A DNA stretch of 63,976 nt, filler included, from Craspedostauros australis (lineage: Eukaryota), in assembly GCA_030167865.1 (NCBI GenBank). It is 18 parts of 18 records of this genome, joined end to end, with 100 filler letters (N's around TTAATTAATTAA, not from the genome) between each part and the next. Parts side by side here need not be neighbours in the genome. Positions count along the whole stretch, not along the records: positions 1 to 24,584 come from JALAGF010003090.1; positions 24,685 to 28,483 come from JALAGF010003095.1; 16 more parts are not named here. One strand, given 5' to 3'. The translations under genes and the position numbers were made by a program. Positions 12,934 to 24,860 of this stretch are shown here, piece after piece. The notes under the pieces are model-generated. The model was not told the origin of the DNA, ran no database searches, and worked only from the letters and a program-made list of their open reading frames with translations. Positions within the stretch are counted from its first letter, which is position 1; the number at the start of each line of letters is the position of its first letter.

Positions 12934-14232
12934 TCATTGCATCGCAGCATGTTTTGTTTCCATGAAGAATGACTTGGACAGGTGGCGCTGCTGCTTTTTG
13001 CGGTTCCAGGTCTGGCACACCCTGTTTTGCTTGCGACACTGCCGGCGCAATTCGTTTGCGGTCATGGTGTCGTTGTTGGCGGAGATGATGGCGTAGCGTT
13101 GCTCGTAGCTGAATCTGAGGCTGTTGGAGGTCGTGACCGTGGCGGAGCACGTGGAAGACGAGCGATGGCAATCGAGCGGCCCCGTCTCGCAGCTCTCGAA
13201 GTTGTCGACGGTGGTGGACTGTTCGGCCGTGTGATTCCAATCCAGCGTGATGGGGCAACCGGATGTGCAGTACGGGTGGTCACCGAGGATCTGCGGGAAG
13301 GTGCGCACGGAGACGGTGCCGAAGGACACGGACTTGGCGGAGGACGCGACGGAGTGGGAGTCGTCGCCCGCATCACCCTGGAAGTCTTCCAGGAGCAGGC
13401 TGTCCTCATGTTCGAAGTGCTTGCTGTCGTTGGTGCTGTCGAGGCAGTCGGCCATGATGTTGTCATTGTTGCTGAAGGTACCAGCGTAGACGTCGTCGTG
13501 GTCGCCATCGTGGCTGATGGAGTCCTGGTCGTCGTGGGTTTCCAGACTGTCATCGATCGATTGGATGCTCCCAGCAGACGAGAAGTTGGTGGCACTGGTG
13601 CAGGAGCGTCTGAGGAAACGGTCGCGGCGCTGGCGATCGGATGGCGAACCCACAACCAGGGTCATGAATGACCGCTGCATCCTCTTTGGAAGCGTCTTCT
13701 GTTGGTGTTGGTGTTGCGCGTCCTTGGTGTCGATCAGCTTGGTTTCGCTGCTGCTGCTGCTCTTCCTCCAGCTCCTGCTCCTGGTCATGAAGTTGGTCTG
13801 CCTCTGCCTCTGCGTTTGCATCGGGTCGCTGGTGGTTGCGATTGGTGACTGCGGGAAGTCCGAGTCAGGATGAGAGTGGCTGCGACGGTGCTTGGTGTCG
13901 GACTGCGACGCATGCGCCACGAGGATGACCGCCTGGTCCAGACCACCATCGTCGTCATGGTCGAGACTGCCGGTCGCGTGGCGCACGGTGGTGGCGCTTT
14001 TGTGCCTGTGGATGCGCCGAATCGTGGTAGCGATGGAACGGCGGTTCATCCAGTGGTGCGGCTGGTCGTGATTTGCGGTTGATTTGGAGCCGATGGCGCT
14101 TTCGCTTGCGCGATGTTGGGGTCTGTCGGAAGCGCAGCTGTCGTCTGCGTGTGGACTGTCCTTGTTCTTGAGGTGCATGCTGTTCATGGCCAGGACGATG
14201 CGTGGCCATCTTGAGGCTGGTTTGCGTCCCAT
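12934..14232 (-). CDS. Diatom-type hypothetical protein of the 'VxFxxVxxRxF..LGD(N/H)PxCxxGxPIxLxW' family
   Basis: Long ORF with a disordered N-terminus and C-terminal SVSFGTVSVRTFPQILGDHPYCTSGCPITLDW...VDNFE...LRFSYEQR. Best ATG at 14232. Confidence 0.75.
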   Translation of the reverse strand: MGRKPASRWPRIVLAMNSMHLKNKDSPHADDSCASDRPQHRASESAIGSKSTANHDQPHHWMNRRSIATTIRRIHRHKSATTVRHATGSLDHDDDGGLDQAVILVAHASQSDTKHRRSHSHPDSDFPQSPIATTSDPMQTQRQRQTNFMTRSRSWRKSSSSSETKLIDTKDAQHQHQQKTLPKRMQRSFMTLVVGSPSDRQRRDRFLRRSCTSATNFSSAGSIQSIDDSLETHDDQDSISHDGDHDDVYAGTFSNNDNIMADCLDSTNDSKHFEHEDSLLLEDFQGDAGDDSHSVASSAKSVSFGTVSVRTFPQILGDHPYCTSGCPITLDWNHTAEQSTTVDNFESCETGPLDCHRSSSTCSATVTTSNSLRFSYEQRYAIISANNDTMTANELRRQCRKQNRVCQTWNRKKQQRHLSKSFFMETKHAAMQ

Positions 14233-16165
14233 CTTGTTGCTTTTGCTGTTGCTTTCACCGTTGTTGTGAGCTTGTGACTTTGTTCGTTGGTTGGGATAAT
14301 TGTGAGTTTGTGGTATGCGTACCAGTTTGCGATGGTACAATATGACTTATGGTTCGTACGTGGAGTAGCGCGCACGGCTGTATGTAATGACGGTATGTGG
14401 CAGGTTGGTGGTAGCTGGTGTGGCAAGTGTGTCCGAAAATGTTTGCACAGAGCAAAGCGTGGACAGTGGTCTCCGCCGATTCCGCTCCCGCAAATTGAAA
14501 ACGCTCCAACGGCAGTGCTCCTTGTTGCGCTCAGTGACAATGTTGTTGCGATGGTGCAATGTGATGTGATGGTCGTCTCTAAGAGTCCGTGCTCTGTTGG
14601 TGCTCTGTGCTGTACTGTGCTGGGTCGTCTGTACTCGTACACTTAGTGTGGATTGAGCAAGCAAGCAAGCACGCAATCGAGCAAACAAAGGAGGCCGACG
14701 CTATCTGTCCGGTTGTTGTGATGGCATTCCAGGCAGACGTTGTCGAACGATTGTGGTGTCAATCGGTGGTTCAGCTCGCTGAGCAGGGTTTGTGTCCTTG
14801 TTTGGCGAAGGATGTGGGGTTGCAGTGATCTCTCTGTCTCTCTCTCGATCTGCCTCGATGTCGTGAGTGTTGGTTTGTTGCTTGGTTGGTTTGCTTGTGC
14901 GAGGGCCTGATTCAATCAGTTGCGCCCAATCCAACTCTGCGTTCAGTCGAATTCAGCCGAATTCAATCCACTTCGCTTCCACTCGGAGGTCCAGTTGCGT
15001 CGATGCGTCCGTTCACTGATGTGCGCTCTTGGAGAGACAGTCAGAGACAGTGTGTGGAGAGGTCACAATGGAGTGAGTGGGTGATGGATTTGGTGTGGTG
15101 TGGTGTGACAATACTCGTGAGGCAAGTCGCAGCTGTTGCCTTCCAGACAGAGCAACGGCGGTCTGCGAACAAAGCCTGTCTGTTCGTCTTGTCTGTGTCT
15201 GTGTGGGTGTGGGTGTGCGCGTGTGTGTGCGCGTGTGGCGAGGCCGCTGTTGCTTTCCGTTGTGTCGTGGTCGTGTTCGTGTTCGTGCGCCAGCTCGCAG
15301 ATCGTGCTCCACCCCACTCCACTCTACTCGTATTTGTATCACTGCAAACGTGGAGCAACCTGTTTTTCACCGTTGTTGTCTCGCACAACCACTCGTATCA
15401 TGATGCAGAGCTTCCGACGCACACCGACTGCTGACGAAACCTCTTTGTTGTTCTGACCGCGCCAATTTGTCTGGACAGCAAGGCATGCGAATAGTACTGA
15501 ATCAGTACCCTTTTTCACATGTTGCACTTGCATCGCCAACAGAACTCAAGAACCAAACAACGCCGATGGGCTCTGGGAATTTGTTCAACCGCAATGCCAG
15601 AAGTATGGCGCGCGGGGTTCAAGTGAAGAAACAGAGAGGGAGCGGTACTCAAACGCTTCACGCCTTCTCATCCCCACCACCAAACTTCTCCGAACGAACC
15701 AGACCAATCAGAATCAGGTGAGGCAAAGGGGAATGACCTCATTTTCTCCACGAATGGAAACTGCATGGGAATGATAGCGAACACATTTCTGCTTTGATCG
15801 ATTGGAATGCATGGAACAGCTTCTTCTCAAGGCCAGAACAGTTCGCTTTCTCCACAAGTCACGTACATCCTTTGAATCACGTATCAAATCGCGAACACTG
15901 ACTAGTCAGAGGTGTCGACGACTTGTTGGTTCTCATCTTCTTGTCGTGTCAAACCGCCCACGAGCTGCTGTCCTCCTCTGTTTTGGTCTTCGCGTTCTTC
16001 CTCAACATGGGGCATGGATAGGTTGTAGTAGTATCGTACGACTACGACTATCCCACATGGCGCTGCATGACATCACATCACATTACATCACATCTGCACG
16101 GACGTGACTGGTCAATTGCATTCTTCTGTTTCGCTTCGAAACGTTGAACCCCACAACATCGTCCA

Positions 16166-17245
16166 ATGCGATCCACTTTCAGGTTCTTGCCAGCACTGCG
16201 CTCAACTTTCTCCTCTGAATTCGCACCCTCGACTCGGGCTGCATTGGTACTGTCGGCACAATCGCGAGCGCATTCCAACCTCATTCAGTTCCAACAGGGC
16301 TGTACTTCTGGATCCATCTTCTCCAAGCGCACCTCACCGACCACCAGCATCAGCAGGAGCCGTGCAAGCCACCTCTGCAGCATCACATCAACAGCCTCGC
16401 TGCTTTCCACCTTGGTCTCCGCTCAAGTCCAGGCCGACACATCCAAACAACAACAACGACAGCAGCAGCAGCAGCAAGCACAACGAAGAACAATGTCAGC
16501 ATCTGGCGACCCACAGGAAATCGATGCGACGCTGGAACCGCTCGGTTTCCAGCAGCTCTTCGATGACGATTCCAGCACCTACACCTACCTCATTTGGGAC
16601 CCATCCACGAAGGATGCCATCCTCATCGATCCCGTCGACATCCAGGCCGATCGTGATGTGCAGGCCATCCAGGCCATCCCCAGTCTCAACCTCAAGTACG
16701 GCATCAACACCCACGCGCATGCCGATCACATCACGGGCACGGGAATCCTCAAAACCAAACTGCCTGGCTTGCAAAGCATCATCTCCAAGGCTTCCGGCGC
16801 CAAGGCCGACGTCCATGTCGAGCACGGCGACACCATCCAGTTCGGCACGCGCCACATAGCGGTGCGCGCCACGCCTGGCCACACCGGCGGCTGCGTCAGC
16901 TTCGTCACCGACGACCGGCGCATGGTATTCACGGGCGATGCCTTGCTCATCCAAGGCTGCGGCCGCACCGACTTCCAAGGTGGTTCCGCCTCGACGCTGT
17001 ACGACTCCGTCCATACCCAACTGCTCAACGCGCTGCCCTTGCAGACGCTCGTCTACCCGGCGCACGATTACAAGGCGCGCACATCGAGCACCATCGAAGC
17101 CGAGCGCACCACGAATCCCAGGCTCACCAAGACCAAGGACGAATTCGTGGAGATCATGGCGAATTTGAAATTGTCCTATCCCAAAAAGATTGACGTCGCC
17201 GTGCCGGCCAACATGCGATGCGGGGTGCCCGATGTGGAGGAATGA
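16166..17245 (+). CDS. ETHE1: Persulfide dioxygenase ETHE1 (metallo-beta-lactamase fold) with N-terminal targeting peptide
   Basis: FQQLFDxxSSTYTYL, NTHAHADHITG, TPGHTxGC, FTGDALLIQGCGRTDFQGG, YPAHDY, NPRL and PKKIDVAVPANMRCG. Arg/Ser-rich presequence. Confidence 0.95.
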   Translation: MRSTFRFLPALRSTFSSEFAPSTRAALVLSAQSRAHSNLIQFQQGCTSGSIFSKRTSPTTSISRSRASHLCSITSTASLLSTLVSAQVQADTSKQQQRQQQQQQAQRRTMSASGDPQEIDATLEPLGFQQLFDDDSSTYTYLIWDPSTKDAILIDPVDIQADRDVQAIQAIPSLNLKYGINTHAHADHITGTGILKTKLPGLQSIISKASGAKADVHVEHGDTIQFGTRHIAVRATPGHTGGCVSFVTDDRRMVFTGDALLIQGCGRTDFQGGSASTLYDSVHTQLLNALPLQTLVYPAHDYKARTSSTIEAERTTNPRLTKTKDEFVEIMANLKLSYPKKIDVAVPANMRCGVPDVEE

Positions 17246-17786
17246 AGGGATCAATGATTGGACTGACGGTCCTCGCAGTGGCCGCTCTTCGCGTGCCAAC
17301 AGCCAGATGGGTCGTAGTGTACGAGTACGCACAGGTATTTGAAATTTCATCGCTTGCAGATATGGCGTTTCGTTGCGGGGAATGGCAGAGCACGATGCAG
17401 CATTACATGTCGAGAAGGCACCATATTAGTGCTGTTACAACTGCATCCGACTTGTACCAGCATGTATAATATTCTATTAGACAAGGACTCGTAGTAGAGT
17501 GCAGTGGAATACCCGTGCAGTAGAACATTCCATCATGGTACTTCGACTCCTATTCTATCATATTATACTCAATAACAACTTCTTCCTCTTGTCAACAATC
17601 GAGAAAAGCACCAGTGCAAGTGCAAGCACAAGTGTTGGTACCGATGATGACGCGTTGCGCCGATGGCGTTCGATGCGATCAAGCGAGTGCAGAGTACTCT
17701 AGAGAGAGAGAGAGAATAGAGTACGCTGCTTTACCAATACTACTCGTATATAATACATCAGACATGGACGAGTACATTGTATTCGA

Positions 17787-19335
17787 TTAATTCAAGACGG
17801 AAATAATGCTCTTGCTCGCCTTCTGCACTCGCGAAACGACATCCGAGCTGGTCTTGTCCTTAATGTCGGCCGGGACGGACCCAGATGCTGCCGCCAAGGC
17901 AGCACCGAGGAGTATCGCACGGCTGCAGGTGTCACCGGCGGCAAGGATGTTCTGCCGGATAGCATCGGTGTATTGCGCGTCTGTCGTCTCCTCCGCATCG
18001 GCGACGGCCTTGTACAGAAGGTAGAGCGGGACGGTGAACGCGGATGGGAGCTTGCTGGAACGTCCACCCAGCCCCTCCTCGCCCAAGGCCTGCACGACTT
18101 CTTCCACCGATTTGGACTTGGCATCGCCGAGCGCGCGTAGGCAGGCATCCATCACTTCGTCGTGCCCGCCCGTGATGGCGAATTCCACGACCTTCTCCAG
18201 AGCAGTTTTGAGGTTGGAACCCAACAGCAGATTCTCCAGCAAGGTGGCAACGGCCTGTCCGAAGTGGATGGCCTTTGGGTTGGTCTGGTTGACCATGATG
18301 GCCTCCTTGACGCGGTCCAGCATATCCAGCTCTCCAGCGTAGAGGGAAACGACTGGGATGACCTTCATGTAGCAGTGAGCTGAGGGCACAGAGACGAAAA
18401 TGTGTGCATGCGAGTTTGCGGTGGTCATCGATGACGTGTGGATCGTCACGATAAAGTCAGGCGTTGTGACAACGGTTTGTTTGTAATCAGTGTTGCGGCC
18501 GTCGTTGTTGTCATGTTTGGAGAATGAGGATTGGTATGGTGAGGAATATAAGCTACAGCATCCCACAGCATGAATAGACAAGCACACTGGAACGCGCTAG
18601 AGCAGAGAGTACCTAATCTGGAATGCAGAACAACATTGCAGATACACATGGTACAGCGCTGCCGATGCAAGCAAGCTCCATACCTCCACATCTCACGGCT
18701 CCAACTCAAACACTGAGATATATACAAGTGGACCATGTATCAAGATGATCTCCAATACCACTCAAAACATCATGGCGTGACGAAACGCAACACTGCATAG
18801 CACAGCGCTCCACAGCACTCCACAGCACACAAACACCGCAGAACATTCGCACACCGTTCAGCACCACTCAAACTGCCTTACCATGCTCGTCATCGGCTCC
18901 GCAAAGCTCGACGGATCTATCTCCCGCGATCATGCACTTGAGGAACTCTTTGATCGACTCATCCTTGTATCCGCCGAAGGTCTCGGCCCACTTCTTCATG
19001 CGCACGGACATGTGCCCTGCTGTGACGCACTGGTGCTCTCCGGAGTACTCCGTGACGAAGAGAAGCTCCTCGCCCCAAGGCGACAGCATGCCGTTCTCGT
19101 AGTGTCCTGGGAAATCCGCTGATGAGAAACCCTTGGGAGCTGGTGGGTCCTTGAATTCCGGTGCCTCCGCGCTTGCGACAGTGGTCTTCATTTCCTCCGG
19201 ATCCTCGATGCCGCTGGTGCCCATGGTGGCAGCATCCGCGCAGACCGCACCCAGCAGCATGGCCTCCACGCGGCTCACATCGATCTTCGGCTTGCTCAGC
19301 ACGAGCGATTGCCTGCTTTCGTACAAAGTCGTCAT
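17787..19335 (-). CDS. ADP-ribosylglycohydrolase-fold protein, crystallin J1/SelJ-like; exons 19335-18882 and 18379-17787, 348 aa
   Basis: LLGAVCADAA, PEF, GADD, KVIPVVSLYAG and AIRQNILAAGDTCSRAILLGA motifs. A GTAAG...TCAG intron (18881-18380) restores the frame (G|CT = Ala). Confidence 0.85.
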
Positions 19336-21608
19336 TTTGGTGGTGTTGCTGTTGGTGTGGTTGTTTTTGCTGTTGGGATTGTTCTCGCTGAGAGGTTTGG
19401 TGACGTTGTTGCCACTTCTGCAGGATGGATGGAATGGATGAATGGGTGGATGGGCAGAATGGGTTTTACGAGTTTGGTAAGCTGGATGTGGAGTTTGGCC
19501 GACTTTGCGGTGATGCGGAAGCGGAGACACTTGATGATCGTTGTGACTTCTGTAATCGCTGTCCGGAGGCACGTCTTTCTGTTTGGTGATGATGGAAGAA
19601 AGGAACCGGAGTCTGCTCTTTGGTGGGCGCCTCTCTGGGTCAGGGGGATCTTCCACGGGCGGATCGCGGTTCTCGCTCTCTTCTGCGTTTCACTCTCTCC
19701 TCTCTCTTCGCCTTCTTCTCTTCCTCCAGGTCCTTCCTGCCGTTGTCGTTTGTCCACACGCGATTATCACGACCACGGGCCTCCGCTTGTGTGGGCAAGG
19801 AGGCAGCGACGCGCGGAGGAACAAAACGCACAACCTTTTTGGATACTCCTTCACGCAAAGGAGTGCGAAAAGAATCTATTTCGTGAAATGACCACCGGAA
19901 GTGAGAAAGAAGCTTGTGAAGTACTATTCGGTCATTCTGAAGGTCATTTCCCATGTCATCAGGATGCATCTTGATTGGTCAGACACACCAGGAGTTCCAT
20001 TCGTGTATACTTCGTCTCTCCACCAACCGTTCGCGGTTGATCGAGGATCCGCACCAGTGTTGTACTCTTCTTGCAGAGATTGTGTTGCATCTCTCTCTGC
20101 TCCCACCCGAAGACTATGTTGTGCCTTCATGCGTGCCTTTTGATGATCCCTGAGGAGCTTTGCCTCTACCGACGTTGCTGACACGTGTGTGGACTTTGCT
20201 GGCACAACGCAGTTTCCACCAGTCGCCATCACTTGTCAGTTCATCCAAGCAACAGATTGGATGAAAGTTGTTCGTTGCATTGTGGCCTGGTAAGCATCCT
20301 CCAAGCATCCGAACAAGCTCGCCACACCCTCGAGAGAGCTCGTGCAAGATGGATATGCTCTTGGTGGCACCGCTCGAAGGGATGCAAAAGGATGCATGGG
20401 GAGGATGATAGTGAGTTGTCAATCATTGTGAAAGCTGCATTAGGTAGAAGGTAGAGACAGCGTCCCTCTGTTGTCTGATACGAAGGCATGCGCAAGAGAT
20501 ATTAGCACGGGTGGGGAGACAGAGATGGGGGATCAGAGAGAGAGAGAGAGAAGCTCCTGAGACTCCAACCACGATACTTCCTGATTGAAGCTCTCTGTGG
20601 CAAAACTAATCAGCCCAGAGGCGTTGTTGCCCAAACGCAAACTAGAGCAGTATGAACTTACCACCCACCAATCATTTCACCCACAGCTCGACGGACGCGG
20701 TGCCAACTGTTGCCTGCCGTCTCGCTTTGACAGATACTGGATGCTCTGCACTGTGTCCACAAGGACCCCCTCCAGCTCGTTGGTTGTGCAGGTGTGTATC
20801 CGCCTTCGCTTTCGAATGCGGCAAAGAGCGTCATTGATTACTCTGAGTGCGAGAAAACTAGAGTTGGCACGAGTATAGACAATTCCGACAAAGTTGATGA
20901 AACTGTGGCCAATCGTATCCGGCTGATAGACACGGCTTGTGGTACTCGCGCAAGCCAGATCCAGAAGATCAGAACCGGATTTCTCGTTGTGCGCCAGGCC
21001 CGTCGTTGCTCCGCAACAAAACTGCGTTCAGTGCTAATTCTGTCACAGGTACTCTTCAATCCATGATTGTGAGTTAAACGTTTATGTCTTGTCCGCCAAA
21101 ACAGAACGTGCCAATCAATGGAATGCGGGCATTGGGCGTATTCATGTTCTTGAGAATATCTATCATGACAAACAAGAAACCTTCCAACAACGTCAATGCC
21201 AAAAAACCACAGAAAGAACAGCCGCAGAACAGCAAAAACTGCGAACAACACGAACACGTACGATCAAAACCCTTTGCTGTGTGGGTGGTCCTTTTTGTGC
21301 CGCCACGACAGCTGCCGCAACAATGTGGAGGCGCAGCAGACACTCTCCATCGCAGCGGCAACCGCGAACCAATGTGCGGTGAACGGAAGCAGCAACAGCG
21401 ACATGCGCGGCAACGATCACAGCAGAAAGGTCACCACCTCCAGAACTCGAAGTGGATGGCCGCGATCAGCAAGGACAACAGCACCAGCACCAACACCAGC
21501 ACCAGCCAGAGGAACAACCACAACAATCAGGAGCTGGGCAAAGCGGAAGAGAGCAACAGAGTGGAGTCAAGCGTCCTTGCATGTCGTAACTCTGCGAGGA
21601 GTACCGCG

Positions 21609-21733
21609 CCATACCATACCATACCATACCATACCATACCATACCATACCATACCATACCATACCATACCATACCATACCATACCATACCATACCATACC
21701 ATACCATACCATACCATACCATACCATACCATA
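21609..21733. repeat. (CCATA)25 microsatellite
   Basis: Perfect pentamer run about 170 bp upstream of the histidine kinase ATG. Confidence 0.98.
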
Positions 21734-21899
21734 CTATATCATACTTCTTCACACTCCTCCACGCTCCTGTCAGAAATAGCAGCGGGGGTTCGAACGCGAA
21801 TCGACTCGTGGTTGTACATACTCGTACATATCCCCATACACGACACGAGTACTAGAGTATTCAAGAGAGTAAGATCGAAGGAGGAAGGCCAGTCTCACC

Positions 21900-24584
21900 A
21901 TGCATACTCGCAAAGACAGCACCAACCCTGACAACGGGGCCGCTGGCAACGGCAATGATCTGGAGATGGGCAAAGCGCAGCCAGCTGCCAACCTCACCCT
22001 CAGCAACTTTCACGATGGCGACGAAATGAGCGACATCAACGACATCCAAAGCGACGGGGGCGCTTCGTGGGTCGGCAGAGTCTTTGATAGGGGGCAGAGG
22101 CAGAGGCAGGATCACAATCATGGCGGCAAACGCCACAACCCTGTTCGTGGCCTGGGGCGGCAGAACAGCAGCAGAAGGAACCGCAAGAAGGGCAACGGGA
22201 TGTTCGGACGCCAACCAAGGCACAATGCGGAGGGCCAGCAAGCCGACCTCGTCGACATGGTGGAGTCTGTGGATGCCTACGGTCAAATCCAGCCCGAGAT
22301 CAACAGCCACACGCGACGCCAGACTCTGATCTCCCACGTTTCCTTGATGGACTTCTTCAGCTACAACAGGAACAACAACCGCCAGGTCAGGAGCGGCGGC
22401 TTCGAAAGACAGGCATCGAGCTTGTCAAGCCATCTCCGGGACCAGCAACCGAGCTGCCGTCGCAAGTCGGATCGGTTTCGCAGATCGTTCGAATTGCAAG
22501 GAGATCACTTCTCGCAAACCACGGCTCATGCCACGAAGATGCAACAGCATATCCTCGACGCGGCTGGCATCTCACGCAACTCGTTCGAAGCCAGGTCCGT
22601 GGCCATCCTGAGATGGACAGTCATCATCGTCTGGCTGACGGCAGCCTGCATCATCAGCCTGCTTCTTGTCAAGGAGTACGCGGAAGGCAAGGAGGAAGAT
22701 GAGTTTCGATTCCAGTTCAAGGCCAACGCTGACAAGCTGGTCAGCAGCTTCCGTGCTTCGACGGACACCAAGCTCAATGCCATCAATGCTCTGTCCACCT
22801 ACATCACTGTCTTTGCGCAGGAAACGAACTCGGAGTTCCCGTTTGTCACGTTGCCTGGCTTTGTCATGGCTGCTGCCAATACCCGCATCTCCACAGAATC
22901 GCCGCTGATCGACTGGCTGCCATTGGTGAAGGAGGAGCAGCGGGAACGATGGGAAAAGTACGCATACGAAAACAGATTCCAGGCTAATCGAGACTACAAG
23001 TTGGATGCCTTCTTTCGCACGAAGCAGGACATTGAACTGGGTTACCTGGATGCGGAAGAAGGAGCTAAAGAACTGGCAAAGTACGAAGGCTACAACGACG
23101 ATGTCTACGTCAATCCCCCACTCGAGAACATGACCGTTGTCAACAACACCGTCATAGACGGAACGTTTTACCATCCGAAGATCTGGTCGTATCGAAATGG
23201 TGGGGCTGCCAAAGAAACCGGAACAGGCCCATATCTCCCTGTATGGCAACGAGCCCCCGTCAGTGGCAGGCAACAGGCTGGATTGAATAACGACGGCGCT
23301 TCGGCCCCTATCCGAGCTGGTATCCTCCCTTACCTCTTCAATCAGAAGAAGCGAGGCGTTCTGCTACATCGTTCGATGATTCCAATCCTACAAGGTGCCA
23401 ATCTTCCGAAGCAATCTGGACTGATAACGCAGTTTCGTCACGACGATGAAGCCTATGCCGGAGATCCAGCTACCACGATGTCGTATCCTGTCTTTGACGA
23501 CTACGGTACTGGCAACTTGATCGGGGTCTTGTCAATCGCCTTGTATTGGAGGCTGTTGTTCACTGATATTCTACCATCCAACGCCAAAGGGTACATCTGC
23601 GTCCTGGAAAACAAGTTCAACCAAACACTCGCCTACAGAGTCGATGGTGATCAGGCGCGATTCATCGGCGAGTTTGATCCCGGGGCCATCGATAGGCTCG
23701 ACTACATATTCCACGATATGGTCGTCACATCACAGCTCGGTAAGGACGACAGACCTAACGCACGACCAAAGGCCGAAACGCAAGCATACACCACTCTCCC
23801 CATCGACGAAGACTTCAACACGTACACCATCCGAATCTACCCCACCAAAGACACGTTCGATGTCTACAAAACGGATGAGCCCATCTTCTACACATGTCTC
23901 GTTGCCAGCATCTTTGCAGTGGCAGCGATGGTATTCTTGGCATACGACTTCTGCGTGCAGAAGCGACAGCAGCTGATCGCCTCCAAAGCCATCGAGAATG
24001 CGCAGAAGGCAGCAGCGGCCGAACGTGACCTCAACGAGTACATCGCACACGAGGTCCGTAATCCCTTATCGGCAGCCTTGAGCGCCTGTAGCTTCGTGGA
24101 TTCGGCTGTGAACGAGAGCCGACCGTTGTCGGATGATGAGTCGAAGCAGCTCGTGCGAGAGGATGTGCAGATCATCAATTCATCGTTGACGTTTGTGAAC
24201 GAGCTGCTGAGGAATCTGCTGGATCTGCATCGCGCGACGGATCGACAGATTCGCATACGCAAACGGCAGACGGCTGTGTTCGATGAAGTGCTGAAGCCGG
24301 TGGCATCGATCTTGTATCGTCGTGATGCGGGCTTCGAACTGATTGTGGAATGTTGCCCTCGACACTTGCGAGTGAGTACGGACGGCTTGCGTTTGAAGCA
24401 GGTGCTATTGAATCTCGGACGGAATGCATCGAAATTTGTGAAGAGCGGGTTTCTGCGTCTAAGGGCGGAGGTCGAAGGGGTTGATGGTGCGGATGGTGTG
24501 GATGGTGTGGATGGTGGTAGTGGTCATGGTGGTGGAACCATTGGCACCACCAGATTCAACGACATCGACAACATGAACATGAAC
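21900..24584 (+). CDS. Membrane sensor histidine kinase (2 TM, CHASE-like extracellular domain, HisKA, start of HATPase); 3'-truncated by contig end
   Basis: TM1 ILRWTVIIVWLTAACIISLLL, TM2 IFYTCLVASIFAVAAMVFLAY, H-box YIAHEVRNPL, N-box LKQVLLNLGRNASKF. Confidence 0.9.
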
Positions 24585-24684
24585 NNNNNNNNNNNNNNNN
24601 NNNNNNNNNNNNNNNNNNNNNNNNNNNNTTAATTAATTAANNNNNNNNNNNNNNNNNNNNNNNNNNNNNNNNNNNNNNNNNNNN
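24585..24684. other. Artificial contig linker N44-TTAATTAATTAA-N44 (first of 17)
   Basis: Identical 100-bp linkers with stops in all six frames start at 24585, 28484, 30799, 33263, 34976, 38057, 43526, 45162, 46275, 47774, 50249, 51668, 53586, 55351, 58347, 59913 and 61321. A plain 59-N scaffold gap lies at 25855-25913. Confidence 0.99.
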
Positions 24685-24860
24685 GAGCATGTGCTCCATG
24701 CGTGCGTTGCTTGGGATAAGGTCGTGGTGGACCAGGCCCTCCCACACCTTTGCTGCCACCGTTGCATTTGTTCCAAATGATGTTTGGAAGGTTCTGTGCA
24801 TCCAGGGAGGGGGAGGATTGCACTGATCAATTGTCACAGGCCGTCCAAGGAGGTGCATGC
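24685..24860 (-). mobile_element. N-terminal fragment of a PIF/Harbinger-ISL2EU (DDE_Tnp_4-like) transposase
   Basis: RTFQTSFGTNATVAAKVWEGLVHHDLIPSNARMEHML resembles the 'RxFxxxFG..W..L..P...HLLW' N-terminus of diatom transposases of this group. Cut by the contig end. Confidence 0.55.

Noticed and set aside
9154..12965. Long ORFs 9154-9948, 9259-10056 and 11922-12965
   Set aside because: No domains, atypical Cys/His/Arg-rich composition and non-ATG starts; likely chance ORFs in intergenic DNA.
21084..21855. ORFs with IPYHT/MVWYG repeats
   Set aside because: Translations of the (CCATA)n microsatellite.
24629..24640. TTAATTAATTAA as a biological motif or TSD
   Set aside because: Always centred in exactly 44+44 Ns; it is an assembly linker. 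ORFs ending in 'LIN' or 'N' after X-runs are artefacts.
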